A program made the translations under genes and the position numbers. Positions 54,018 to 62,850 of a stretch of DNA of 64,000 nt are shown here, piece by piece. Origin of the DNA: Bacteroidota bacterium (GTDB lineage: Bacteria; Bacteroidota; Bacteroidia; Flavobacteriales_F; PHOS-HE28); the NCBI GenBank assembly GCA_018267055.1, contig JAFDZF010000120.1:4416-68415 (forward strand), read 5' to 3'. Below the pieces are notes generated by a model. It saw only the letters and a program-made list of their open reading frames with translations. It had not been told where the DNA came from and ran no database searches. Within the stretch, counting starts at the first letter, position 1. Every line of letters begins with the position of its first letter.

Positions 54018-55505
54018 ATGACCCTTCCGACGACCCTCGGCGAACTGAAGCAGAGCGGCTACCGGCCCCGCTCGATCAAGGAGGAGCTGCGCGCCAACCT
54101 CATCGCCCGCATCCGCGCGGGCCGCGCGCTCTTCGACGGCATCCACGGCTATGAGCACACGGTGCTGCCCGCGCTCGAGCGGGCCATCCTGGCGGGGCAC
54201 AGCATCAACCTGCTGGGGCTGCGCGGCCAGGCCAAGACCCGCATGGCGCGCGCGCTCGTGGGCCTGCTGGACGAACGGATCCCCGTGGTGGCCGGCAGCG
54301 AGCTGAACGACGATCCCCTCGCGCCGCTCTCCCGCTATGCGAAGGAGCTGATCGCCGCGCAGGGCGATGCCACGCCCATCGCCTGGCTGCACCGCGACCA
54401 GCGCTACACCGAGAAGCTGGCCACGCCCGACGTCACCGTGGCCGACCTCATCGGCGACAGTGACCCCATCAAGGCCGCCAACCTGAAGCTGGACTACAGC
54501 GATGAGCGCGTGATCCATTTCGGGCTGGTGCCCCGCAGCAACCGCGGCATCTTCGTCATCAACGAGCTGCCCGACCTCCAGCCGCGCATCCAGGTGTCGC
54601 TCTTCAACATCCTGCAGGAGGGCGACGTGCAGATCCGTGGCTTCCAGCTGCGCCTGCCGCTGGACATCCAGTTCGTCTTCACCGCCAACCCCGAGGACTA
54701 CACCAACCGCGGCGCCATCATCACCCCGCTGAAGGACCGCATCCAGAGCCAGATCCTCACGCACTACCCGCCCACCATCGAGCTGGGCATGCGGATCACC
54801 GGGCAGGAGGCCCGCTCGCCGAAGGCCCAGCAGGAGCGCGTCCGCGTGCCCGACCTGGTGCGCGTGCTCATCGAGCGCATCGCGGTGGAGGCGCGGCAGA
54901 GCGAGTACGTGGACCAGAAGAGCGGCGTCAGTGCACGGCTTACCATCAGCGCGCTCGAGAGCGTGGTGAGCGCCGCCGAGCGCCGCGCCCTGCGCAACGG
55001 GGAGGACACCACCACGGCCCGCATCGGCGACCTCTTCGCGGTGGTGCCCGCCATCACGGGCAAGATCGAGCTGGTGTACGAGGGCGAGCAGGAGGGACCC
55101 GAGAAGGTGGCCCTGCACCTGCTGGGCCTGGCGCTGCGCAATACGTTCTCTGAGCTGTTCCCCGATCCCGCGCGCTCACGCAAGGCCCAGGGCCGGCCGG
55201 ATCCCTACGCCTCCGTGGTGGAATGGTTCAATGAGCAGGAGACCGACCTGCTGCTCGACGGCGACGCCAAGGCCTACCGGACCGCGCTGGCGGCCGTGCA
55301 GGGGCTGAACGAGCTGCTTTCCCTGTATCCCGGGGACATCCCGGAGGAGGACCGCCCGATATGGCGCGAGTTCATCCTCCATGGGCTCGCGGAGCACAGC
55401 CGCATCGGCCGCTCCACGTTGACGGCCTCGTTCCGCTTCGGCGACGTGCTGAGCTCGGTGCTCTCGGACGACGACGAGGGCGACCCGGACCTGCCGGACG
55501 AATGA
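54018..55505 (+). CDS. AAA+ ATPase, Mg-chelatase ChlI / MoxR-like (often annotated sigma-54-interaction-domain protein)
   Basis: ATG 54018. Walker A-like GLRGQAKT, Walker B FVINELPD, and sensor/arginine-finger region FVFTANPEDYTNRGAIITPLKDR. No DNA-binding HTH is recognisable at the C-terminus. Confidence 0.8.
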   Translation: MTLPTTLGELKQSGYRPRSIKEELRANLIARIRAGRALFDGIHGYEHTVLPALERAILAGHSINLLGLRGQAKTRMARALVGLLDERIPVVAGSELNDDPLAPLSRYAKELIAAQGDATPIAWLHRDQRYTEKLATPDVTVADLIGDSDPIKAANLKLDYSDERVIHFGLVPRSNRGIFVINELPDLQPRIQVSLFNILQEGDVQIRGFQLRLPLDIQFVFTANPEDYTNRGAIITPLKDRIQSQILTHYPPTIELGMRITGQEARSPKAQQERVRVPDLVRVLIERIAVEARQSEYVDQKSGVSARLTISALESVVSAAERRALRNGEDTTTARIGDLFAVVPAITGKIELVYEGEQEGPEKVALHLLGLALRNTFSELFPDPARSRKAQGRPDPYASVVEWFNEQETDLLLDGDAKAYRTALAAVQGLNELLSLYPGDIPEEDRPIWREFILHGLAEHSRIGRSTLTASFRFGDVLSSVLSDDDEGDPDLPDE

Positions 55506-55506
55506 G

Positions 55507-56601
55507 CTAGGGCGCGCTGAACGCCGGGTCGGTGAGGAAGGCCTCGTCCGTGAAGGTGTTCAGGAAGGCGACCAGCTGCTCCTTCTGTTCCCCGGTGAAA
55601 TTGCCCATGCCGACCAGCGGGGTCATCGCATGGTCCAGGTTGGGCGTGCCGGCCTGCACGTGCCCGCCGTAGAACGTGACCACGTCGAAGAGCGTGTTGA
55701 AGCGGCCGTCGTGCATGTAAGGCCCCGACACGGCGATGTTGCGCAGGGTGGGCACCTTGAACTTGCCGATGTCCTGCGGCTGCCCCGTGACGCCGCCCAG
55801 CCCCGGGTCCACCGCCGGGTTGTCCACGCCGTTGTTGCGCAGCTGGTCGTCGCTCATCAGCCCGAAGGTGTGGCAGGCCACGCAGTTGCCCATGCCGGTG
55901 AAGAGCGCCATGCCGGCCAGCTCCTGCGCGTCCAGCGCCGTGGCATCACCGCCGTAGTAGTAGCGGTCGAACCGCGAGCCGAAGGACACCATCGTACGCT
56001 CGAACTGCGCGATGGCCTTCACCACCAGGGTGCTGTCGATGGTGCGCGTGCCGAAGGCCGCCTCGAAGCGGTCCACATAGGCGTCGTCGGCCTGCAGCCG
56101 CTGCACCACCACCGGCCAGGTGTTGCGCATCTCGATCGGGTTGGTCACCGGGTCGTGCGCCTGTCCTTCCAGCGTGTGCCGGCGGCCGTCCCAGAAGAGG
56201 TTCTGCGACCAGGCCAGCCCCACGATGGCCATGGCGTTGCGCGTGCCCACGGCGCCGTTGGTGCCCAGACTGAAGCGCCGCGGATCGCTGAAGGCATTGG
56301 CCTGCACGTGGCAGGTGGCGCAGCTCATCGTTCCATTGTCGGAGAGCATCGCTTCATGGAAGAGGCGCCGGCCCAGGGCCACACCTTCCACGGTGAGCGG
56401 GTTGTCCGCGGGCTGGGGCATCGGGCCCAGCGAATCGATGACCCATGGGGGCAGCGACACGGTCAGCGGCGTCGGGCCATCCGGTCCGGAGGGCCCCTCC
56501 GGGGCCTCCTCGTCCTTCTTGCAGGCCAGCGCCAGGAGGGCGGTGCCGGCCAGCAACAGGCCGATGCGTCGGGGGGATGGCATGCCGTGAAGATGCGCCA
56601 T
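55507..56601 (-). CDS. di-haem cytochrome c peroxidase (CCP/MauG family), probable lipoprotein
   Basis: Two CxxCH sites (CATCH, CVACH), PTLRNIAVSGPYMHDGRF, and the lipobox LLALAC. An alternative ATG lies at 56583. Confidence 0.9.
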   Translation of the reverse strand: MAHLHGMPSPRRIGLLLAGTALLALACKKDEEAPEGPSGPDGPTPLTVSLPPWVIDSLGPMPQPADNPLTVEGVALGRRLFHEAMLSDNGTMSCATCHVQANAFSDPRRFSLGTNGAVGTRNAMAIVGLAWSQNLFWDGRRHTLEGQAHDPVTNPIEMRNTWPVVVQRLQADDAYVDRFEAAFGTRTIDSTLVVKAIAQFERTMVSFGSRFDRYYYGGDATALDAQELAGMALFTGMGNCVACHTFGLMSDDQLRNNGVDNPAVDPGLGGVTGQPQDIGKFKVPTLRNIAVSGPYMHDGRFNTLFDVVTFYGGHVQAGTPNLDHAMTPLVGMGNFTGEQKEQLVAFLNTFTDEAFLTDPAFSAP

Positions 56602-56650
56602 GCGCTGCGATGCGGCCCGACCTTCGGCGGGGATCCTGGGGATCCCGGCG

Positions 56651-57064
56651 TCAGTCCCGGGCGTACTTGTGCGGGTCGTTGTGGTCCTCGTCGATGGCTC
56701 GCTTCACCTGGTACATCTTGCTGGCCACCACCGCGAGCTCCCGGTGCCCCTGGGCCATCAGCCGGTCGAAGGCCTCCCGGTCGCCATCGCCGATGAGCGC
56801 CATCTCCTTCAGCACGGGCATGTTGTTGCGCTCCAGCCAGTCCAGCGCCTTCCGGTCGCCCTCGATCCCGGCGATCAGCGCCATGAGGTGGGGGTGGCCG
56901 TTGTCCATGAGCCACTTGCGGGCGTCGGGCTTCAGCCGCAGGGCGAAGGTGAAGAGGCCCAGCTCGGGGTAGCCGTTCTTGATGAGCCAGTCGCGGAGCG
57001 CCGTGTTCCCCGTGATCGCCTCGCCCCAGGCGAGCAGCACTTTGGCGGGGTATTCCAGGCGCAT
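56651..57064 (-). CDS. small hypothetical protein built from four ~25-aa helical repeats
   Basis: Repeats: ALRDWLIKNGYPELGLF / ARKWLMDNGHPHLMALI / ALDWLERNNMPVLKEMA / AFDRLMAQGHRELAVVA. The composition is protein-like, whereas the opposite-strand ORF is GC shadow. Confidence 0.7.
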   Translation of the reverse strand: MRLEYPAKVLLAWGEAITGNTALRDWLIKNGYPELGLFTFALRLKPDARKWLMDNGHPHLMALIAGIEGDRKALDWLERNNMPVLKEMALIGDGDREAFDRLMAQGHRELAVVASKMYQVKRAIDEDHNDPHKYARD

Positions 57065-57126
57065 GCGGAGTGGATCGGCCTGCCGACGGGCGGCGGAGCG
57101 GCGAAGTTATTCCCTCGGTCCGCGGG

Positions 57127-57134
57127 TATCTTCG
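57127..57134 (+). promoter_or_regulatory. -7-like box TATCTTCG for the TPR/SDR operon
   Basis: It lies 5 nt upstream of the ATG at 57140. Confidence 0.45.
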
Positions 57135-57139
57135 TCGCC

Positions 57140-58171
57140 ATGCGCTGGACCACGCTCGCCCTGCTCTTCCTTTCGGTGACCTTCGCCGCGGCCCAGGCCC
57201 GTGATGCCAAGAGCCTGAAGCAGGAGCGGACCGCCCGTGCGCTGCTGGCCCGGGGCAAGGCCTACAAGGCCCTGCGCATCTGCGACGCCCGCCTGGGCGG
57301 CACGCCGGACCCGGTGTTCTATGCCATCCGCGCCGATGCCTGGAACCGCATCGGGGAGCACGAGAAGGCCGAGAAGGACGCGCGCACCGCCCTCGTCGCT
57401 TTTCCGGGGAACGCCGACGGGCTCTTCCAGCTGGCCCTGGCGGAGCAGGGGCAGGGCGGCTTCGACAGCGCCGCCGTCCACCTGCAACAGGTGCTGGCCG
57501 TGGCGCCCTCGCCCGATGTGCGCTACCAGCTGGCCCAGGTGTACGTGCTGCGCAAGGACCATCCCGCGGCGATGCGCTCCATCGACGAGGCCCTGGCCAC
57601 TGCGGGCGACGGGCCTTCCACTGCGCGCCTGCACCGCGTGAAAGGTGAATGCGCCGCCCTGATGGGCGACAGCCTGCTGGCACGCCAGGAGCTGGACCGG
57701 GCCGTGGCCCTGGGGCCCGAGGACCCGGTGAACTACAACAGCCGCGGCTACTACGGCCAGGCCTACTTCGGCCATCATCAGGCCGCCATCGCGGACTACG
57801 ACCGCGCACTGAAGCTGAACCCGAACTACAGCTACGCCTTCAACAACCGCGGCTGGAGCTGGTACAAACTGGGCCAGACGGAGAAGGGCATCGCCGACAT
57901 CGAGCGGGCGCGCCGCCGGAAGGTGTTCAACCCCTTCGTGTACCGCAATCTCGGAGTGATCGCCCTGGAGCGGGGCGACGCCGCCAAGGCCTGTCCTTAC
58001 TTCCGGCAGGCGCTGGACTACGGCTTCACCGCCCTCTACGGCGACGAGGTGGAGCAGCTGATGGCCGCCTCGTGCAAGGGCCAGCCTGCGCAGAAGGCGC
58101 CCGTGCAGGCCCCGAACGCCCCGATGGACAAGAAGGATGCGCATCCCGCGCCCCGCACCAATGCCCCCTGA
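57140..58171 (+). CDS. secreted tetratricopeptide (TPR) repeat protein
   Basis: ATG 57140 gives the signal peptide MRWTTLALLFLSVTFAAAQA. Several TPR units are present (e.g. AIADYDRALKLNPNYSYAFNNRGWSWYKLGQ). Confidence 0.8.
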   Translation: MRWTTLALLFLSVTFAAAQARDAKSLKQERTARALLARGKAYKALRICDARLGGTPDPVFYAIRADAWNRIGEHEKAEKDARTALVAFPGNADGLFQLALAEQGQGGFDSAAVHLQQVLAVAPSPDVRYQLAQVYVLRKDHPAAMRSIDEALATAGDGPSTARLHRVKGECAALMGDSLLARQELDRAVALGPEDPVNYNSRGYYGQAYFGHHQAAIADYDRALKLNPNYSYAFNNRGWSWYKLGQTEKGIADIERARRRKVFNPFVYRNLGVIALERGDAAKACPYFRQALDYGFTALYGDEVEQLMAASCKGQPAQKAPVQAPNAPMDKKDAHPAPRTNAP

Positions 58172-58175
58172 ACCC

Positions 58176-59057
58176 ATGGACACGTCCACCGGCATGCTGC
58201 GCGAGGACGCCTTGAAAGGCCGCACGATCGTGGTCACCGGTGGTGGCACCGGCCTGGGCCGCAGCATGGCCACGTATTTCCTGCGGCTCGGCGCTTCGGT
58301 GTGCATCACCAGCCGCAAGCTGGACGTGCTCGAGCGCACCGCGAAGGAGCTGGAGGCGGAGACCGGCGGAACGGTGCTCCCCGTGGCCTGCGACGTGCGC
58401 AGCCACCTGGACGTGGACCGGCTGGTGGCCACCGCGGTGGAGCGGTTCGGCACCGTGGACGCCCTGCTGAACAATGCGGCCGGCAACTTCATCAGCCCCA
58501 CCGAGCGGCTCAGCCCGAAGGCCTTCGAGACCATCATCGGCATCGTGCTCCAGGGCACGGTGAACTGCACGCTCGCCTTCGGCAAGCACTGGATCGCGAA
58601 AGGGGAGACCGGCAAGGCCGTGCTGAACATCACCACCACGTACGCCTGGACCGGCAGCTGCTACGTGGTGCCCAGCGCGTGCGCCAAGGCCGGCGTGCTG
58701 GCCCTGACGCGCTCCCTGGCCGTGGAGTGGGCCCGTTACGGCATCCGCCACAACGCCATCGCACCGGGACCGTTCCCCACCAAGGGGGCCTGGGACCGCC
58801 TGCTGCCCGGCGAGATGATGGAGCGCTTCTCCTTCGCCAAGCGGGTGCCGCTGGGCCGCGTGGGCACGCACCAGGAACTGGCCGACCTGGCCGCGTACCT
58901 GATCTCGCCCTACAGCGGGTTCATCAACGGCGAAGTGGTCACCATCGACGGCGGTGAATGGCTCAAGGGGGCCGGGCAGTTCAACATGCTCGACCAGATA
59001 GAGCCCGGGATGTGGGACGCCATCGAGCGCCAGGTGCGCGGAGTGCGCGGAAGCTGA
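58176..59057 (+). CDS. SDR-family oxidoreductase (2,4-dienoyl-CoA-reductase-like)
   Basis: TGGGTGLG Rossmann motif, NNAAGNF, and an active-site region S...AKAG (a dienoyl-CoA-reductase-type variant). An alternative in-frame ATG lies at 58161. Confidence 0.85.
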   Translation: MDTSTGMLREDALKGRTIVVTGGGTGLGRSMATYFLRLGASVCITSRKLDVLERTAKELEAETGGTVLPVACDVRSHLDVDRLVATAVERFGTVDALLNNAAGNFISPTERLSPKAFETIIGIVLQGTVNCTLAFGKHWIAKGETGKAVLNITTTYAWTGSCYVVPSACAKAGVLALTRSLAVEWARYGIRHNAIAPGPFPTKGAWDRLLPGEMMERFSFAKRVPLGRVGTHQELADLAAYLISPYSGFINGEVVTIDGGEWLKGAGQFNMLDQIEPGMWDAIERQVRGVRGS

Positions 59058-59141
59058 GGAACGCAATCGCTCCTTGTCGGTCGCGATCAGGGGGCGCCTC
59101 CGGCAGTCCTATCTTGCGGCGACCCAAAACCCCATTCGCTG

Positions 59142-59645
59142 ATGAACATGCGACTTCTTGCCGCTGCGCTGGTCCTCTGCGCCGCCACGGCCACTTACGC
59201 CCAGTCCGCTTCCGCCCATGGCACGGCTGTCGCCGCCTCGGACACCAAGGCCGATGCCCAGGCGACGGCCAAGGCCCAGGCCTCCCTGCTGACCACCGAG
59301 CTCGGCCTGGACACCAAGCAGGCCGCCGAGGTGGAGCACCTGCTCGTGTCCGCGGAGGAGAAGGCCGCCTCGCTCCGTACGGCCGATGCGGAGAAGAACA
59401 AGCCCTCGCTGGAGAAGCTCTCCGAAAGCACCTACGCGCAGGTGAAGGGCCTGCTCAATGCCGAGCAGGGAAAGAAGCTGGACGCCCTGAAGGCCGCCGG
59501 CAAATGGCAGATGTGCAGCGCCTCCGCCTCCTCAGGCAAGGGTTGCTGCGCGGGCGGTGGCCATGGGGCCGCGGCCGCCGGCAAGCCCGGTTGCTGCGCC
59601 GGCAAGGGCGCGCATGCCGAAAGCGCTCCCGCACCGGCCAAGTAA
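59142..59645 (+). CDS. secreted helical protein with Cys-Cys/His-rich C-terminal tail (hypothetical)
   Basis: Signal peptide MNMRLLAAALVLCAATATYAQ. Ala/Lys/Glu-rich helices resemble Spy/CpxP-like LT..L.L...Q repeats. The tail is WQMCSASASSGKGCCAGGGHGAAAAGKPGCCAGKGAH. Confidence 0.7.
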   Translation: MNMRLLAAALVLCAATATYAQSASAHGTAVAASDTKADAQATAKAQASLLTTELGLDTKQAAEVEHLLVSAEEKAASLRTADAEKNKPSLEKLSESTYAQVKGLLNAEQGKKLDALKAAGKWQMCSASASSGKGCCAGGGHGAAAAGKPGCCAGKGAHAESAPAPAK

Positions 59646-59664
59646 GGCGCACCCGATACCTCCC

Positions 59665-59705
59665 GAACGGAAGAGGGCCGCGATCATCGCGGCCCTCTTC
59701 CGTTC
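59665..59705. terminator. bidirectional hairpin (perfect 20-bp inverted repeat)
   Basis: GAACGGAAGAGGGCCGCGAT-c-ATCGCGGCCCTCTTCCGTTC. It lies between the convergent stops at 59645 (+) and 59719 (-). Confidence 0.6.
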
Positions 59706-59718
59706 CTGGGGATGGCGG

Positions 59719-60567
59719 TCAATCCGCCTGGATCACGAGGAGCTTCGACACGCTCCAGAAGGCGGTGGTGTCCTTGATGGTGAGGTTGTCCACCTTGCCG
59801 GTGCCCACGAGCTCATAGCTGCCGGCGGGGTGGGAGGTGACCACCTTCGCCTTCTTCGCGTTCACGGGGATCACCGTCGTCTGCGTGACGTCGATCTGCT
59901 TGAAGTAGGACATGTTCAGGTCCTTCGTGTTCAGCCTGTTCACGCCGCCGATCCCGATCACGCCGCCTTCCTTGGTGAGGATGTGGTTCTCCTTGAGCTC
60001 CTTCTGCGTGCCCACGCAGTAGTAGGCCGTGTTCAGCTCGGACTTCTGCATGTTGGCCAGCTGCTCCTTGTCCTGGTACATCTGGATCATGCTGGCGAGC
60101 GAGGCGTTGGTGCTGCTCAGCTGTTCCTTGAGCGAGCCGATCTCGGTGTCCTTCTCGCCCACGGAGCGCTCCAGTTCGGCGATGCTCTTCTCCAGCTCGG
60201 AGAGCTTGGAGCCCTGGGCGGCCGAGCTCTTCTTCATCCGGGCGATGATCTTCTTGTTCTCGGCCAGCAGCGAATCGATGGCGCGCAGGTCGGCCACGAT
60301 GCTCTGCTCCATGTTCTGGCCGCTCTCCACGCCCTTGCCGCCCTTGTTCAGCAGCCCCTGCTTCTCGCGGATGGCGCGCAGGTTCTCGCTCACGCGGTTG
60401 AACGCGCCGAACATGTCGTTGATGGTGGAGTCCTTCATGGAGCTCTCCTCGCTCACGCGCACCTTGTCCTCTTCCAAATGCTTGTACTGTTCGCTCTGGG
60501 TGGGGTCGCTCTGGCAGGCTTGCAACAGCACGACGGTGGCGGCGAACGCCTTCAGGATGGTCTTCAT
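59719..60567 (-). CDS. coiled-coil lipoprotein (hypothetical)
   Basis: MKTILKAFAATVVLLQAC lipobox. About 170 aa of heptad-like E/K/L/S sequence is followed by a compact C-terminal beta domain (YYCVGTQKELKENHILTKEGG...). Confidence 0.8.
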   Translation of the reverse strand: MKTILKAFAATVVLLQACQSDPTQSEQYKHLEEDKVRVSEESSMKDSTINDMFGAFNRVSENLRAIREKQGLLNKGGKGVESGQNMEQSIVADLRAIDSLLAENKKIIARMKKSSAAQGSKLSELEKSIAELERSVGEKDTEIGSLKEQLSSTNASLASMIQMYQDKEQLANMQKSELNTAYYCVGTQKELKENHILTKEGGVIGIGGVNRLNTKDLNMSYFKQIDVTQTTVIPVNAKKAKVVTSHPAGSYELVGTGKVDNLTIKDTTAFWSVSKLLVIQAD

Positions 60568-60729
60568 GGTGTGGGGGTTCGGATTGGTGAGGCGGAAGCG
60601 TCAACGCCGGCGGCGACGCGGAAGGTCGGCCCTACCGGACATGTAACGGGGGTGGACGAAAATACGTACACGGGTCGTCGCAGTGGGCGCTTTTCCGGAG
60701 CTCATTGCGCATCTTCGTTGCTCCACCCC

Positions 60730-61470
60730 ATGAACACGGCGGTCCCCGGGTTTGTTCGCTCGCTCATGACCGGGCTGCTGCTGGCGGCCGGTGGGGAGGC
60801 CTTTGCCCAGGAAGGCAGCCTGACGAAGGATTTCCCCAAGCTCACGGCGAAGGAACGCTCGCGCATCGCGGCCAAGGAGACCGAGGAGGCCGCCGCCGAC
60901 CAGGCCTACCAGACCCGCATGCAGGAAGCGGAACGCGCTTTCCAGGACAAGCGGTACGAAGATGCGCTGGCCGCCTACGAGCAGGCGCGCGAGCTGCGGC
61001 CGTACAACGTGTATCCGAAGGTGAAGATCCAGGACCTGAAGGCACTGCTGAAGCGCCAGGCCGAAGCCGCTCCTGCCACGACCGCCGCGGCTGAGCCGGC
61101 CCCACAGCCCCCGTCCGCACCTGCGGAGCCACCGCCCGCGGCCCCGCCCGTGGTGGAGCGCCCCGCTGCGCCGCCCGTGCAATCTCCTCCGGCCAAGCCG
61201 GTGGAGCATCCGGCGGTGGGCGGGTCATCCCGGTCCCAGGTGCACCCCCCCAGGTCGGAGCCGGAGCGTCCCCCGGAGCCGCCGCCCATCGCCATGGAAG
61301 AGCGCACCTACCGCGAAGGCAATGCCATCGTGGTGGAGCGTGCCGTGGACGACGGTGGCCAGCGGGTGGTGTACAAGCGCGTCTCGCACACCTGGGGGCA
61401 GGTCTTCTACTTCAAGGACGGCCGGAGCGTGGACGAGCGGATCTGGAAGGACCGCTTCAACGAACGGTAG
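60730..61470 (+). CDS. secreted hypothetical protein with Pro/Ala-rich linker
   Basis: ATG 60730 gives the signal peptide ...LLLAAGGEAFAQ. One TPR-like helix pair (YEDALAAYEQARELRPYN) is followed by a ~90-aa PA-rich linker and a small C-terminal domain (YREGNAIVVERAVDDGGQRVVYKRVSHTWGQVFYFKDG). Confidence 0.7.
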   Translation: MNTAVPGFVRSLMTGLLLAAGGEAFAQEGSLTKDFPKLTAKERSRIAAKETEEAAADQAYQTRMQEAERAFQDKRYEDALAAYEQARELRPYNVYPKVKIQDLKALLKRQAEAAPATTAAAEPAPQPPSAPAEPPPAAPPVVERPAAPPVQSPPAKPVEHPAVGGSSRSQVHPPRSEPERPPEPPPIAMEERTYREGNAIVVERAVDDGGQRVVYKRVSHTWGQVFYFKDGRSVDERIWKDRFNER

Positions 61471-61500
61471 CCGCAGCACCGATCGGCCGGGGCGGACGGC

Positions 61501-61878
61501 TCAGTTCCGCACCATCTTCACCGGCATCTCCAGCAGCATCTGGTAGTCATGGCCGGCCTCCTGCATGTCGAGGTCGTCGGCATCGTAGTACCACTCCAGC
61601 ACCACCTTGCCCGTGCCGCCGGCGTGGGCCTCATCGAGCAGCTTCAGCAGGTCCAGCACGTACTTGGCGCTGCTCGAGTTGAAGTAGCTGAGCGCGATCC
61701 GCACCACGGTGTGCTTCGCGGGCCGCTGTGCGTACTGTTCCACCTGGTCCAGCAGCGGGCGGTAGAACCGGTCGGCGTTCTCGTGGATAGAGCATCCCCT
61801 GATCTCCAGCACGCCGCGCGAGGGGTCGAACAGGACCGACGGGGTCTTGTCCGTGGACGGCAGGTCGATCGGCTCCAT
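61501..61878 (-). CDS. DUF1987 / SiaC-family regulatory protein
   Basis: ATG 61878 gives MEPIDLPSTDKTPSVLFDPSRGVLEIRGCSIHENADRFYRPL... and ...LSYFNSSSAKYVLDLLKLL. Both match the SiaC-like family pattern. Confidence 0.7.
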   Translation of the reverse strand: MEPIDLPSTDKTPSVLFDPSRGVLEIRGCSIHENADRFYRPLLDQVEQYAQRPAKHTVVRIALSYFNSSSAKYVLDLLKLLDEAHAGGTGKVVLEWYYDADDLDMQEAGHDYQMLLEMPVKMVRN

Positions 61879-61985
61879 GATGGCGGACGAATGTAGCGAA
61901 GTCGTCCGGCCGTGGAAGGCCACGCCACGCACTTGCCCCGGCCTTTGCGCGTATTAACTTCAGACCGAAGCGTAACCTCCACCCC

Positions 61986-62786
61986 ATGGCCATCCAGAAC
62001 ATACTCGTCCCGTATGATTTCTCCGAATGCGCCACCGATGCGCTGCGCGTGGCCGCCAAGATCGCCCGCCTCACCGGCGCGTGCATCGACATCGTGCACG
62101 TGTACGATCAGATGACGGACTTCCACACGAGCAACCAGAAGGTGCGCGACGGCATCGAGGCCAAGCTGGAGCAGGTGCCGTCCTTCCCCTTCCTGCAGGG
62201 AGTGGAACTGAAGAAGTTCCTGCTCCGCCAGATGTCCATCACGGACATGTTCCGCAACGAGCGGCTGGCCAGGATGGACCTGGTGGTGATGGGCAGCCAC
62301 GGCGCCCGCGGCCTGCGCGGGGTGGTGGGCTCCAATACGCAGAAGATCGTCCGCATCGCGCCCATGCCCGTGCTGGTGATCAAGCACCACGTGGACGACT
62401 TCGAGGTGAAGGACCTGGTGTTCGCTTCCAACTTCACCGCCGCGGACGTGGAGAAGTTCGAGGCCTTCCTGCCCGTGGTGGAGCTCTTCCAGCCCAAGGT
62501 GCACCTGGTGAAGATCAATACGCCGAAGAACTTCGAGCGCAGCGAGGACACCTACAAGGCCATCGACGCCTTCCTCCAGCGCCACGAGCTGCGCAAGTTC
62601 ACCACCACCATCTACAACGACCTCAGCATCGAGGAGGGCATCCTGAACTTCTCCCGCGGCATCGACGCGGACATGATCGCCATGGCCACCCACGGGCGCA
62701 CCGGGTTCTTCCATGTGGTGAACGGAAGCCTCACCGAGGACATCGTGAACCACACGACGTTCCCCGTCCTCAGTGTGAAACTTTAG
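61986..62786 (+). CDS. universal stress protein (tandem UspA domains)
   Basis: ILVPYDFSE...DLVVMGSHGARGL (domain 1) and ...DMIAMATHGRTGFFH (domain 2). The G-x2-G-x9-G(S/T) ATP-loop-like segments are present. Confidence 0.85.
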   Translation: MAIQNILVPYDFSECATDALRVAAKIARLTGACIDIVHVYDQMTDFHTSNQKVRDGIEAKLEQVPSFPFLQGVELKKFLLRQMSITDMFRNERLARMDLVVMGSHGARGLRGVVGSNTQKIVRIAPMPVLVIKHHVDDFEVKDLVFASNFTAADVEKFEAFLPVVELFQPKVHLVKINTPKNFERSEDTYKAIDAFLQRHELRKFTTTIYNDLSIEEGILNFSRGIDADMIAMATHGRTGFFHVVNGSLTEDIVNHTTFPVLSVKL

Positions 62787-62850
62787 CGGCCGCCCGTGAC
62801 GGCCCCCGGGTACCGCGCTATCTTAGCCCTCACCAAGGAATAGAGGCATC

